Source: Macrostomum hystrix (lineage: Eukaryota > Animalia > Platyhelminthes). Taken from it: 64,000 nucleotides of DNA. Made by a program: the position numbers and the translations under genes. Location: the NCBI GenBank assembly GCA_950097015.1, contig CATNEN010000002.1, positions 7,068,001 through 7,132,000 on the forward strand, read 5' to 3'. Under the pieces are notes generated by a model that saw nothing but the letters and a program-made list of their open reading frames with translations, made no database searches and was not told the DNA's origin. Numbering within the stretch: position 1 is the stretch's first letter; every line of letters begins with the position of its first letter. Positions 50,535 to 62,399 of the stretch are shown one piece after another.

Positions 50535-52659
50535 TCAGTGCTCAACGTGCAGGGTCTTCACGTGCTGCTTCCTGTCTCGCTCCTGGTGGACCCGGTCCGT
50601 GTCCCGGTGGCTGTGCCCCGTAGCTCGTTCCAGCTCGGCGACAGTTTTGGTGCTGCCCACAGCAGCCAAGTCCTGCATCAAGTTGTAGTCGGCCGCTGAG
50701 GCTGGGCGAGCTTTGACACCTGAAAGGTGAGAATTAATAGTGGCGATTTAGAATGATAATTAGGCGTAAAAGTTTTTTTTTTAATTGCTAACAATTGATT
50801 GCACCTGCCCCAATTAGGCCAGATGTGCAGCCGACAGCACAGCCGCAGCTGTTGCTCGGTGCATCTGAAGGCTGCGTACAGCTGTTCAGTCCATGGACTG
50901 GGGGGACGCCACACCCACCCTGAATTACCCCAGCTAACGCTGGTACCCATTTAACAGCTGGGTGAACTGAAGCAATGCAGTGTTAAGTGTCTTGCTAAAG
51001 GACGCAAATTGTTCCAGTGGAATCGAACCCACGACCTTCAAGTCGTGAGTCTGACGCTCTAACCACAAGGCTACAACCTCCCATGTGGTCCCCTGTGAGA
51101 GAATGCCTGATGACTAGTGCACAAATGAGCAGTTTCAAAGTTTTACTGGATAAAAGTACAGGCTAGCACCATCTAGGTAATTTGAAGGTAACCCTATCGT
51201 AGGTAATCCTATCGTAGGTAATCCTATCGTAGGTAATTCGGATACAAATGCACAAAAATAAACAGGAATATCGCTATAAAAGCATGTTGGTGCACAGGTA
51301 TTTACACAGGTACCACATCGGTAGACAGGTACACAAGTTCGCAATGCTGAACGTAAATAGGTATTCGCAGGTGATCATTATGATTATGATTATGATTAAT
51401 CATATGATTATGATTATCATTGAAAAATTCTAACGAATCCAAGAAAATCCCACCATCGAATTCTCCGTGGCCAATCACAATGCGCTTCAAAGCTCGCCAC
51501 CACCTGCTCAGGAAGCCTTCATCGTCGCTGTCGGCGAAGCCGGACGGCTTCGATTCGACGCCGGGCACACCATCGGCGGCAGACTTCAAAGCCGCGCTGT
51601 CGGCCTTGCTGTGCAGGTGCTGATGGTCCGGGTTCGAATCGCCGTGCATCAGGCCGTGCATCAGGGTCTCCTGGACTCAGGGTCACAGGGCGGAAAATAA
51701 ACTACCTTTTTCAGGAAGGTTTCGGGTCATTCTACTCATTACTAAAATCCCTGAGCACACACTCACACAGGGTGTGTACATCTGCCCTGTCAGGCTGTGT
51801 ACACTTTCACTGTTCTTTGGAGGCTGGCCCTCAAGGGCGTAAATTTCACGACAAGCCCAAGCCTTCTCTCCGCGGCTGCGCCCCAAATTGATGTGGCCTC
51901 GCCGCGGAATGGAGCTTAGGACCTTGGTGCGAGAGGCAGACGCGCTAGACCGCTGCGCCACTCAGCCTCCCCACAACAGCAAGTTGTTGGCTAGAGCATC
52001 GGGGGTTCGATTCCCGACTATGCTGGGACAATGGAATTGGCACTCGAATTACTAAAAAGCCTCCCAGGTAACAAGTACTTGAACGCTTCTCTGAGCACAG
52101 TCGGAGCTCTGCTCACCTGGTTCATCGGTCTGTTGTGTTCAGCTCGCTTCTCCACTGTCGGCGCCGGATCGTGCGAGTGAGTCGACCCGGTGTTGGCGTC
52201 GCCGTGCATCAGCACACCGTGCAGGAACTCCTCCTGGTTCAGCTGGCCGGGCTTCTCACCCGGCTTGGCTGTCTGGCCTTGCAGCTCTTCGCGACGCTTC
52301 TCGGAGTCCTCAACTTTGTGACTGTCGCCAAGAGCATTGTCACCGTGCATCAGCACCCCGTGCAGGCAGTCCATGCCAACGCAGGGACCTGGGTGGGCAT
52401 TGTCATTCAGTCTAGAGTACAGGAGTGCAGTACAGGTTCAGGGACTTGAGAACACTGTCATTCAGTGTGGAGTTCAGGAGTTCAGTACAGGTTCAGGGAC
52501 TTGAGAACACTGTCATTCAGTGTGGAGTTCAGGAGTTCAGTACAGGCTAGGCTTCAAACGGAACTCACCAAACACCTTTCCTTTCCTCGGAGGCGCAGCA
52601 TGCGTCGCTGCAGCTAGAAGCAGGAAAATAATCTGCAGTAACGGCCGCCGCTGCATCAT
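50535..52659 (-). CDS. Orphan secreted His-rich repeat precursor, complement(join(50535..50719,51454..51670,52117..52388,52569..52659)), 254 aa
   Basis: Signal peptide MMQRRPLLQIIFLLLAAATHAA. Four exons are phase-consistent (765 nt). Three repeats of (L/M)HG(V)LMHGD; KRR, KR, KR and RK sites. Confidence 0.8.
50925..51085 (-). mobile_element. tRNA-derived SINE family B (V/Meta-like central domain); a partial second copy lies at about 54895-54955
   Basis: Minus strand GTGGTTAGAGCG...GGTCGTGGGTTCGATTCC, then CCTTTAGCAAGACACTTAAC...CACCCAGCTGTTAAATGGGTACC. Confidence 0.7.
51730..51972 (-). mobile_element. SINE family A copy in intron 2 of the His-rich gene
   Basis: Head and body match 14645-15007. 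Confidence 0.8.
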
Positions 52660-53764
52660 TGCAATCCGAGGATAGATAAAAACAATCAATAAGGCAGCAA
52701 TGCCGCTATTGTGTATGCTTAGACCGTATATTCTGTTCCGTTTCGACTAGAATGTGAACAAAAAACTTAAAGCAGCAGTTAGCGACACAGACGGGGGACT
52801 TGAGTTAGCCTATAAGCAGATCCCATGAGAGACAGTTCTGTACAGCGGCCCCCGCGTCCAGTGAGTTTGTTAAAGCGAGCAACAGATGGTGCTGGCCTGA
52901 AATGCTGGGCAGCTTTGACGTGGCAGAGCTGCGATCCGGCCTAGCTAACCCCCCTATGCTCAGAGACTCAAATCTGCCGGCTTGCCTTCTCCACTCACCT
53001 TTCTTGGCCGGCACGATCGCGCCCACCTCAAATCTTGCTCATTGTTTTTGGGAGGGATTTTCCACTGGGAGACATTGTGCTGCGTGGAGATTCACAAACC
53101 GGCCATTAGTTTAAATCAAGAGTTAGGGATTTTTATCGTAAACATTCAGTAACAAGAGCCGGTAAATAATTATATAACTTTCAGAGGGCTGCGGGTTACT
53201 CTGCTCATTCCATAAATCCCTGAGCACACACTCACGCAGGCAGCCAGTGTACACTCTCACAATTTCACAACAAGCCGCCAAAACGCTCAGGCACATTGTG
53301 AATGTCTAAACAGATCAGTAAAAACTCGCAGCCTTGCACAGCTTTGAGTTAATGAGTCAAGGTCTTCCACTGAGAAGAAACAGATAGAATAAATTAAAGA
53401 CATTGCGCAGCACGAATCTCGACCACTCCATATGCTGTCTCTGGGAGTCTGCAGTCGCGCACTCTCAGGCCGCAAAGGGCACAAAACTGTTCCAGAGCCA
53501 CTTGGAGAGACGAGAAAAATAAATGAAAAGGCACATATAGCGTTTGGGCTTCAATTATAAACACAGGAGGGTTTCACGCTGAGACTCAGGGCGGGAAAGA
53601 GAAAGAAGACAGACAGCTTGAAGATCAGAAAGCGCACACAGGCACTGGCCACAATGCGCCTCATTAAGATTAAACGACGCTCGACTGCCCACTATAGGAG
53701 ACGATTTCCCCCGGATGCGGATTGCTGGTGAGTAGCGGGACTGGAGTGGGAAGAGAAGCGAGAC

Positions 53765-54340
53765 ACCAGGTGACATTGCATGACCTGGTGTGAAATTGCA
53801 TGACCTGGTGTGAAATTGCATGACCTACCTGGTGTGACATTGCATGACCTGGTGTAACATGCATTAACTGCCTGGTGTGACATTGCATGACCTGGTGTGA
53901 CATGCATTAACTGCCTGGTGTGACATTGCATGACCTGGTGTGACATGCATTAACTGCCTGGTGTGACATTGCATGACCTGCCTGGTGTGGCATTGCATGA
54001 CCTGGTGTGACATGCATTAACTGCCTGGTGTGGCATTGCATGACCTGGTGTGACATGCATTAACTGCCTGGTGTGGCATTGCATGACCTGGTGTGACGTT
54101 CAATGAATTGCCTGGTGTGACATGCATTAACTGCATGGTGTGACATGCATTAACTGCATGGTGTGACATGCATTAACTGCATGGTGTGACATGCATTAAC
54201 TGCATGGTGTGACATGCATTAACTGCATGGTGTGACATGCACTAACTGCATGGTGTGACATGCATTAACTGCATGGTGTGACATTGCATCACCTGGTGTG
54301 ACATTGCATCACCTGGTGTGACATTGCATCAACTGCATGG
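53765..54340. repeat. 20-23-bp compound minisatellite (CTGGTGTGACATGCATTAACTGC / GGTGTGACATTGCATGACCT)
   Basis: Visible array. Confidence 0.9.
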
Positions 54341-54604
54341 TAATAAGCAGTATAATATAGCTGTGGAGCTATAATTCTGTCGTCGATTTTAATAAGGCAT
54401 GGAACAGTCACTGAGCTTCCAGCCAATCAGGATAAGGCTGGCTAAAATTAAAAATGATAAGAAAATTAATTATAAGAGGCTATAAATTTCAAGTCTTACT
54501 GCAAGCTGCCATAATCAGGAATTAGATAGGCTGCCATCATGACATCCAAGCAGAGACTCAAGTGGTAAGTCTATTTTCCATCTCTTGATAGATACTGTAC
54601 GACA

Positions 54605-54800
54605 TTGGTGTAACATTAGTGTGACATTGGTGTGACATTGGTGTAATATTCGTGTGACATTGGTGTGACATTGGTGTGACATTCATGTGACATTGGTGTG
54701 ACATTAGTGTGTGATATTGGTGTGACATTGGTGTGACATTGGTGTAATATTCGTGTGACATTGGTGTGACATTCGTGTGACATTCGTGTGACATTCGTGA
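54605..54800. repeat. 11-bp minisatellite (GGTGTGACATT)
   Basis: Visible array sharing its core with 53765-54340. Confidence 0.9.
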
Positions 54801-55407
54801 CATTAATGACTAAGTTGTTAACATTAAATTGGCGCCCAAGAGGGTCAACATCATAGAGATCGACTGAGTTGCCTGTGCTTACTTCCGCATGTGTACTCGG
54901 TGGGATCTGGAATCGAACCCCCGACCTTCAAATCGTGAGTCCAACGGTCAAACCAGAGCAAAGTCCTCTCAAACCAGGCCATGACCAATCAGGATGCAAA
55001 TTAATACTTCAAAAGCAACAACAATGGCTAGTTCATGAGCTGTTGGCCAAATAGAATAAAGACGAGGCCAGCTTTCACTTCAAGATTTTCGTTCTTCAAT
55101 TGTTGATCACGTGCTGTGGCAGTAGGGGTGTTTGGCTGCTCATTCAGGTGAATGATGATGAGAGCTGTGCACAGGTAGCCACCACACTGCCAGCACAGGA
55201 AATTGCCACTTTCTGCTTTTGAGTACTGTAATGCCTGGGCTTCTCAGTGTTGAAGGATAAAGAATTGGAGGGCTAATAAAATATGGTGAGCAAGGCCCAG
55301 AGTTTAACTGCATTCCCTGACCAAACGATTGAGACTTTGGTAACCTTGCACATACCTAAGAAGGTTTAAAGGTGGAAAATGTTAATAAAGAATGACCTTA
55401 TGAGCCA

Positions 55408-55575
55408 CAATTTCCCAACAAAACACTTTGAAATGGGACAATGACCCAACAAAAACACTTTGAAATGGGACAATGACCCAACAAAACACTTTGAAATGGG
55501 ACAATGACCCAAAAAAAACACTTTGAAATGGGACAATGACCCAACAAAAACACTTTGAAATGGGACAATGACCAA
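55408..55575. repeat. About 33-bp minisatellite (AACACTTTGAAATGGGACAATGACCCAACAAA)
   Basis: About 5 copies. Confidence 0.9.
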
Positions 55576-55598
55576 ACAAAGCGACACTCGTCACTCAG

Positions 55599-56730
55599 GC
55601 CAGGCCAGAACCAGTTGAAACCGGTCGGATCCGGATTCTCATCGGTGGCTCGACAGTTCAACCGGCGCGCCCAGCTGGAGGCCGACGATGCCGAGTGGAT
55701 GCGCCGAACCCTTCAGCGAGTGGCCATCGACCAAGACGACGAGGCCGACATTGCGGGAGAGTCCGGAGACTCCAGTAGGCCGGACAAGAAGCAGTCGGCT
55801 GCCATCAGCGGCCACCAGCTCCGACAGATGGAGCGAGACCGGCTGATTCGGGAGCGACGCGACCGAGGCCGAAGCCTCCTTAGCTGGGGACAGCAGCAGC
55901 AGCAGCAGCAGCAGCCAGCTGCAAAAGTATGTACGAGCGTACAGTCTTTTTATGAAGTACTTTTTTTCAGTGCTTCAAAAAACTGTGTACAGCTGTTCAG
56001 TCCGTGGACTTCTAGCAGCAATTTTACAGCTAGTAGAAACGAAGAAATCGAGTTGTTTAAGGACAAAAACTGAATAGCAATACAGATTCGAAATCCTGAC
56101 CCTTCTTTGTCTGATATGCATCGTTGCCATGGAAACGGAAACTATAAATTAGCCAACTGACACCTGCAGGAGGTTTCATCCAGCACCTCAAGAGCGGACG
56201 AGGCCGACTCTGATAGCATTCTGCGAGTCAAGGGTCTGCTCGGCAGTAGAACCGGTGGCAGCGGCACCAACCAACTCAGGCGGCGGCCCCACAAAGCCGC
56301 ACCGCTGAGGCCGCCGCCGCCGCCGCTGACTCTGTCTCCGACGCCTTACATTCAGCAGCAGGCGCTGCCGAATAACGCTCAACCACTGCTGCAACCCCCG
56401 CTGCAGCAGCAGCAGCAGCATCTTTCGCATCTCCGACGACCAAGACGCCTCGGTGGTCGACAGCAGCAGCAGCAGCAGCAGCACAAGCAACTCAACCTCG
56501 GGTCTTCTGAGCGACCCCAGTACCTCAACATCTTCGCCCAGCAGTCGACTACTGCTGCGTCAAAATCTGAACAATCTACTACGGAGATGACGCAGTATCT
56601 GAGGCTGCGACGGCAGCAGCAGCAGCAGCAAGCGATTGATAAACAAAGACTTTTCCTGGCCAGCCTAGACAAAGACCAAACCCAGGTGCAGCCTAGAAAT
56701 CCAGTAAACTCGCCTGAACTTATGGCTTGA
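55599..56730 (+). CDS. Gln/Arg-rich protein of unknown function, last two exons join(<55599..55926,56170..56730)
   Basis: AAA|GTATGT donor and CCTGCAG|GAG acceptor in phase 0; exon 56170..56730 is an open 187-codon frame not shown in the ORF track. The 5' exon was not identified. Confidence 0.6.
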
Positions 56731-57269
56731 GCAACTGAGCAGAGTTTTGGTGTTAACCTTGCTAAACTGACAAACGACTCACTGCTGCAGCAATTAGGAA
56801 ATAAGCGACTGTTTAGATTAGCGACCTAACAGGGGAATTCCCCCTGCCAATTTTTGTGCTGCACCCGAACGGAGCAACGCAAGCACACGAAACTCAAGAA
56901 CGGGGCCAACTTTTTGTTGCGCATTTTCTAAAACAATAATCAAGTCGCCAGCTCTTCAGACCTTCGAGACATTCTGGCCGAAGGCCAGATTTTTCCCGCA
57001 AGCGAGCTTCATACACCCCTATACAGGAATTTGCACTGCGCCTCAGTGCGGCCTTGCCTGGCCTTCAAACTTTATCAGCATGTCACCCGAATGTGCCTGC
57101 ATCATCTCCTACTTCGGTGGTCACCTACCTTCATCTAGACGGACTGTTGAACCTTCAAATGCAAAACGCGGTTAGCATTCAGGCGTGCAAAAAATTTTTA
57201 GGGGGGATTTCCCCGGCAAAATGCCATCGTAATTCTGGCTTTTGGCTAGCCTTCACAGACCACAGTTGC

Positions 57270-57470
57270 CTCCGGCGAGGTGTGTACATCTGCAGTTAGG
57301 GCAGATGTACATCACACAGGTGTGTACATCTGCAGTTAGGGCAGATGTACATCACACAGGTGTGTACATCTGCCCTAACTTCTCATCGTCAGGCAGTGTA
57401 CACTCTCACTGTGCCTTGGAGGTTGGCCTTTGCACGACTTGCACGACAAGCCGCCAAGCCTGTCAAAAGT
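57270..57470 (-). mobile_element. SINE family A partial copy with an internal 38-bp tandem duplication
   Basis: GGTGTGTACATCTGCCCT...CACTGTGCCTTGGAGGTTGGCC is shared with 14645-15007. Other fragments lie at about 29148-29220, 38875-38950 and 53180-53285. Confidence 0.7.
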
Positions 57471-58337
57471 TGCCGCTCGAAAAAACAAACCCCTGAACTA
57501 AAATATAAAAAATTTCTATGATTAAACTTGTCTGTTTGCATTGCTTGAGATCATGAGTACAAAGCTATATAACATCTGGATCAGAATTAGATACACACAA
57601 CGCTGATAAATATATATTAAACTTTCTTCGTAATCAGATATAATAAAACTCGTATTTTTATTACATAATTATTGGCTTTAAAATCCTGCAGAGAAATGGC
57701 AAATCTATAGGCATGCAACATTCAACTTCAAAGAGAGTTAAGAGGGCCTATTTTAAGCATCGAGCAGTAGTTTCACATCCTAAAACATCAGGTGGTAGTT
57801 TTTAACAACACTAGAGACAATACTAGAGACAACACTAGAAACATGAGCAATAGAAGCGAAAATCACGCAGAGACGAGAGGAAGAAGCAATCAGAGTTTGC
57901 TTAGGAACACGAGAATAGACAATAGATTGCGAAAAATTCATTCGCGCATTCAATCAAGAAACGCGCACTACCGTGAGTAGTAAAACACGCATTTCTATCT
58001 AAGTCATGAAGCTAATGTAAATTCGCAAATAATAATATTGAATATTCAAGTGCCACTAGCCTAAAAAACCTGTTTAATATTTTCGTACACAATTTATCTG
58101 ATCGTTTGGAAGCTTAATGGAAAGGTAAAACCGATGCTCAACAAGAAATCATTTACATAATCAACTGACGGAAGGATTATAATAACTTATAAGAATTATG
58201 CGATGAATTCCTGACACCATTCTACTAGGAAAAACAGAACTGAACTGGTTCTAATAACCCAGCTCCAAGTCCGGGAAAGAATCATTTTGAACAAAATGTA
58301 CTGACTAAGCACTGGCCACCTCACTGTTCAATGAGCC

Positions 58338-60254
58338 TCACAGCTCAAAATTCCTGGTGTAGTCATACTCAATTGTCGGAATGACGGCTTGCATAAACTT
58401 CAGGAAGATGAGCAGGTACTGGTGCACTCCCAGCTCACGGCCGCCTTCCGACACGGTCACCATCAGGCGCTTCATCACCTCCGCGTGGCGGCAGGGGTGC
58501 ACACTGGCCATTGGTGGCCCGGCCAGGTGCGGCTGCGTCTCCATGGTAACGGTCTTCTTGGCGTGGTCCTGGCTGAAGTCGGCGTACATCTGGTCGACGG
58601 TCAGCGGAGCGCCCTGCTCGCTGTAGCCGACTAGCCAGAGGCGCGGGGTCTGGTAGTACTTGTCGTAGGTAATGTGAAGGTCGTAGGTTCGAGTCTGCAC
58701 AATGCCGCCGCTTTGATCGCTGGAGCCGGCAGCCGCGCCGGCGGCAGCGTCGGCGGAGGCGGCCTGGTCGGTGGCCAGACTGCCGGTTGTCAGGACAACG
58801 GCGTCGTCTTCAAGCATGCCGGAATTGGCGAAAGCCTCCATGTCGACGGCCTCTTCTTCGTCGTCGTCATCTTCGTCGTCGCCTCCCGCAGCGGTTGCCG
58901 ACGCCGCAGCCATCGAAGATCGAGCGTGATTATCGCCGGCTTCTAGCGACATGTCCTGCACGCGCTCGGCGAGACTGCCGGCTACGCCCGAAGCAGCCGA
59001 GGCACCGCCGCCGCCGCCCTCCTGGGCGAAGTGGTGAGTGTCCACCCAGCCGCCATCGGGATCGGCCTCGTCAACAACCTGAACAATGAGAGCAATGAGA
59101 ATAATGAGGATTGCTGCGCAGAGTGAGCACACCGTTGAGTTATTTACAATTTTGCAAGTTTCCTGAGTGGGTTGTAGGTTTTCTGAGTGAGTTGTAGGTT
59201 GCCTGAGCGGGTTGTAGGTTCCCTGAGCGGTTTGTAGGTTCCCTGAGTAGGTTGAAGGTTTCCTGAGTGGGTTGTAGGTTTTCTGAGTGGGTTGTAGGTT
59301 TCCTGAGTGGGTTGTAGGTTCCCTGAGCGGGTTGTAGGTTCCCTGAGTAGGTTGAAGGTTTCCTGAGTGGGTTTTAGGTTTCCTGAGTGGGTTATAGGTT
59401 TTCTGAGTGGGTTGTAGGTTTCCTGAGTGGGTTTTAGGTTTCCTGAGTGGGTTTTAGGTTCCCTGAGTGGGTTTTAGGTTTCCTGAGTGGGTTGTAGGTT
59501 TCCTGAGTGGATTGTAGGTTTCCTGAGTGGGTTGTAGGTTTCCTGAGTGGGTTTTAGGTTTCCTGAGTGGGTTGTAGGTTTCCTGAGTGGGTTGTAGGTT
59601 TCCTGAGTGGGTTGTAGGTTTCCTGAGTGGGTTGTAGGTTTCCTGAGTGGGTTGAAGGTTCCCTGAGCGGGTTGTAGGTTCCCTGAGCGGGTTGTAGCTT
59701 GTAGGTTCCCTGGGTGGGTTGAAGGTTCCCTGAGCGGGTTGTAGGTTCCCTGAGCGGGTTGTAGGTTCCCTGAGTAGGTTAAAGGTTTCCTGAGTGGGTT
59801 TTAGGTTCCCTGAGTGGATTGTAGGTTTCCTTAGTGGGTTGTATTTTACCCGAGGGGGTTGTAGGTTCCCTGAGTGGTCTGTAGACACCCTGGGCCGTCT
59901 GTAGGTTCATTAATCGATTCGAAGGTTTAGCTGAGTAGTTCAGTGCTCAAGTGGCCAGCTCACCTTCTCCAGGCTGCGGTCGTGACAGTCCATCTGGGCC
60001 ACACGGCGATAGCATGGCACATTGCGAGTGATGAGGAACTGCCTGTCAGCGGGCAGGTATGGCTTGGCCCGGCTGACATCCCCAGCTGACCACTGCCAGG
60101 TGGGGCAGTGGTGCACCAGGAAGTCGCCGGCTGCGACAAACTCCTCCGGTGTGAGCACGCCGGTCTCTTTGAACTTGGACTCGCGCAGCACGGGAGTCAT
60201 GTACTCGGCCACCTCGAGGCCTTTGCTCTTGACAGCGTTGATTAGCGACTGCAT
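58338..60254 (-). CDS. ATG3: Autophagy E2-like enzyme ATG3, complement(join(58338..59078,59964..60254)), 343 aa
   Basis: [55 protein letters not shown], catalytic [23 protein letters not shown]; phase-0 intron. Confidence 0.97.
59155..59880. repeat. 20-bp intronic minisatellite (TCCTGAGTGGGTTGTAGGTT) filling most of the ATG3 intron
   Basis: Visible array. Confidence 0.95.
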
Positions 60255-60957
60255 GGGGCTGGAGTGTATTAGTGGTCACAAATTGAATGCTGAATTAGCT
60301 GCTTGTACAGAAAATGCGACATGTTTGATACTCAATTGATTAGTAGCAGTAAGAATTAGCAAAAAAAGCATTATCTATTACACTAATAAATAGACTAACT
60401 ACTTTATTAGTGCTAGCTTTTGTAGCTATATATACATAATACTACTAGATGATTTATACTTGGCCTAGTTTTCATAGTGTAGCTATGCAACCTGCTTGAC
60501 TTTATAAAATACTTGATTATGTAGTGTCTATATTGTCTTAACAAGTATCATTGGTTTTAAATATTTATGCTGTTTTCTCTAATAAGTTGGTGCAATGACT
60601 CAATAAATATTATATAGCTATATATATTCTAGCTACTCCTCTATACTAGCAATAAATAATTCCTTGGGTACCAGGGACAACTGGCTGATGGAAGATGCCT
60701 GACCTGAATGGCATCTACTATACCAATGTACTAATGGACTTAAATGTTTTCTTTAATCTGCCCAAACAGCCAGAAAAATTCCAATTTGTCTTTGGTAGTT
60801 TCTGTAGTCACTTTGGTAACAAATATTGCCTATTTTAGTAATCAAATAATTGGCAATATAATTAATGACACATAATCTGATAGTATAATGTCTATTTAAT
60901 AGCCTTAACTAGCTATTTACATGCAATAAATATATCTTTCTGCTTTTTGCCTCTGTT

Positions 60958-61258
60958 CATACATGTGCAACCTCCCAAATCTTAGCCAGCCATGCGACTT
61001 AGTTTTTGCTCTATTTATGACTTAGTTTCCTCTCAGTTGCGACTTAGTTCATTTCATTGCTCTATTTACGACTTAGTTTGCTCTTGCTTGCTCTATTTTT
61101 CTCTCCCCTTTTTCCTCTTCTTCACGCCTTCCTTTTTGTCCCTTGGCCCCCCCATTGATTTTTTTGCGCTTGGTTGATTGGTTTTTGCGACTTACCTTGC
61201 TTGGCCCTCGTTTCACCCGGCCAGTTTGGCCAGGTTGGCTGGGTGTTGTGCATGTATG
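60958..61258. mobile_element. Second copy of the 8-bp-TSD MITE
   Basis: CATACATGTGCAAC...GTTGTGCATGTATG with flanks CCTCTGTT / CCTCTGCT; the interior matches 31346-31626. Confidence 0.88.
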
Positions 61259-62399
61259 CCTCTGCTTACATATGATTTTATTAAAATTAGTTATCTCTTC
61301 TTTATGTTGCTATTTAAACTTTAAAAACTTAACAATGTACAAAAACATGCAATATCTCAATTATTCCAGACAAATGCCATTATAGTTATACTTGTTGTGC
61401 CAATAGATATCCTGGTGTTGAAGCTTTCCATAAAACTGTCTGTGGCATTTAAATAAATAATCTGTCTCTAGATGCTAATACTAATGATATAAGATTTTGG
61501 ATTAAGTGCATTGGAGCTCACAAAAATAAGCTAAGTTGACAAGTTGCAGTGTTTTCCTATCTATGTCACAAAAATAGGTAATTATGCAATCAGAAAATAC
61601 AATAATGCAATCACTCCTATAGCCACAGGGGTAAGTGTGGGAATAGAAAAGGTCTATGGCGAATCACTAACTTTAATCTCCAAATCCCTCAAAAAGCTTC
61701 ATTTACTATACATTAATTTCTAGAAATGTTGCCATCTGTTGTCTTAATAGTGGTAGGCCTAATTTCAATGAAATACTAATATATAGGGCCTATATGTAGT
61801 AGGCGAATAATTCTATACCATGTTTTTTCTTTTAAATTTATGAGAAGGAGTGAAGATATTTAACATTTTGTTTGAATACACAATTGTTATAATGCACTGG
61901 GAAACCACCCTTCCACTCTATTATATATATGCGCACTTGCGGACTTGCAGATGTGCAAATAGACGTTTTCAAAGTTCTAAAGTCGAAAGTTCTAAAAGGA
62001 CAAAGTTTCCAAAACCTTATAATTCTTTATAAAGCTGGAAAGCTATAACCTTAGACAATAGATTCGTATTGAAGAGTAAGCAAAAAGGTTTGGATCTGAA
62101 ATAAAGTGTGCATAGGCCTATAAAGGGTGTGATAAAGGTATCACCTATAAAGGGATTGCATTAAATAAACAAGCCTGTGCAGGGTGAGGAAGAAATGAGT
62201 AGGCCCCTAATTCCATAGTGAGTGTGTGGGTAACTAATACCCTCCAATCCATTGGTAGCCCTACATTGGGACTGGAAATCATTAAGACTTTGTGTCACTA
62301 ATATAACCAGTGCGAAGAAAAATATACATAGGCCCCTATATGACTTATTCATATTAATAAGTAGAAAAAAGTGTCTTACTGCTCGGACACTCACATGCT

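Noticed and set aside
51030-51085. Possible tRNA gene
   Set aside because: No acceptor-stem pairing, and it runs into a SINE body; the same applies to the family A heads.
58700-59030. Long Ala/Gly/Asp-rich insert in ATG3 as a novelty
   Set aside because: It falls in the known variable acidic flexible region of ATG3.
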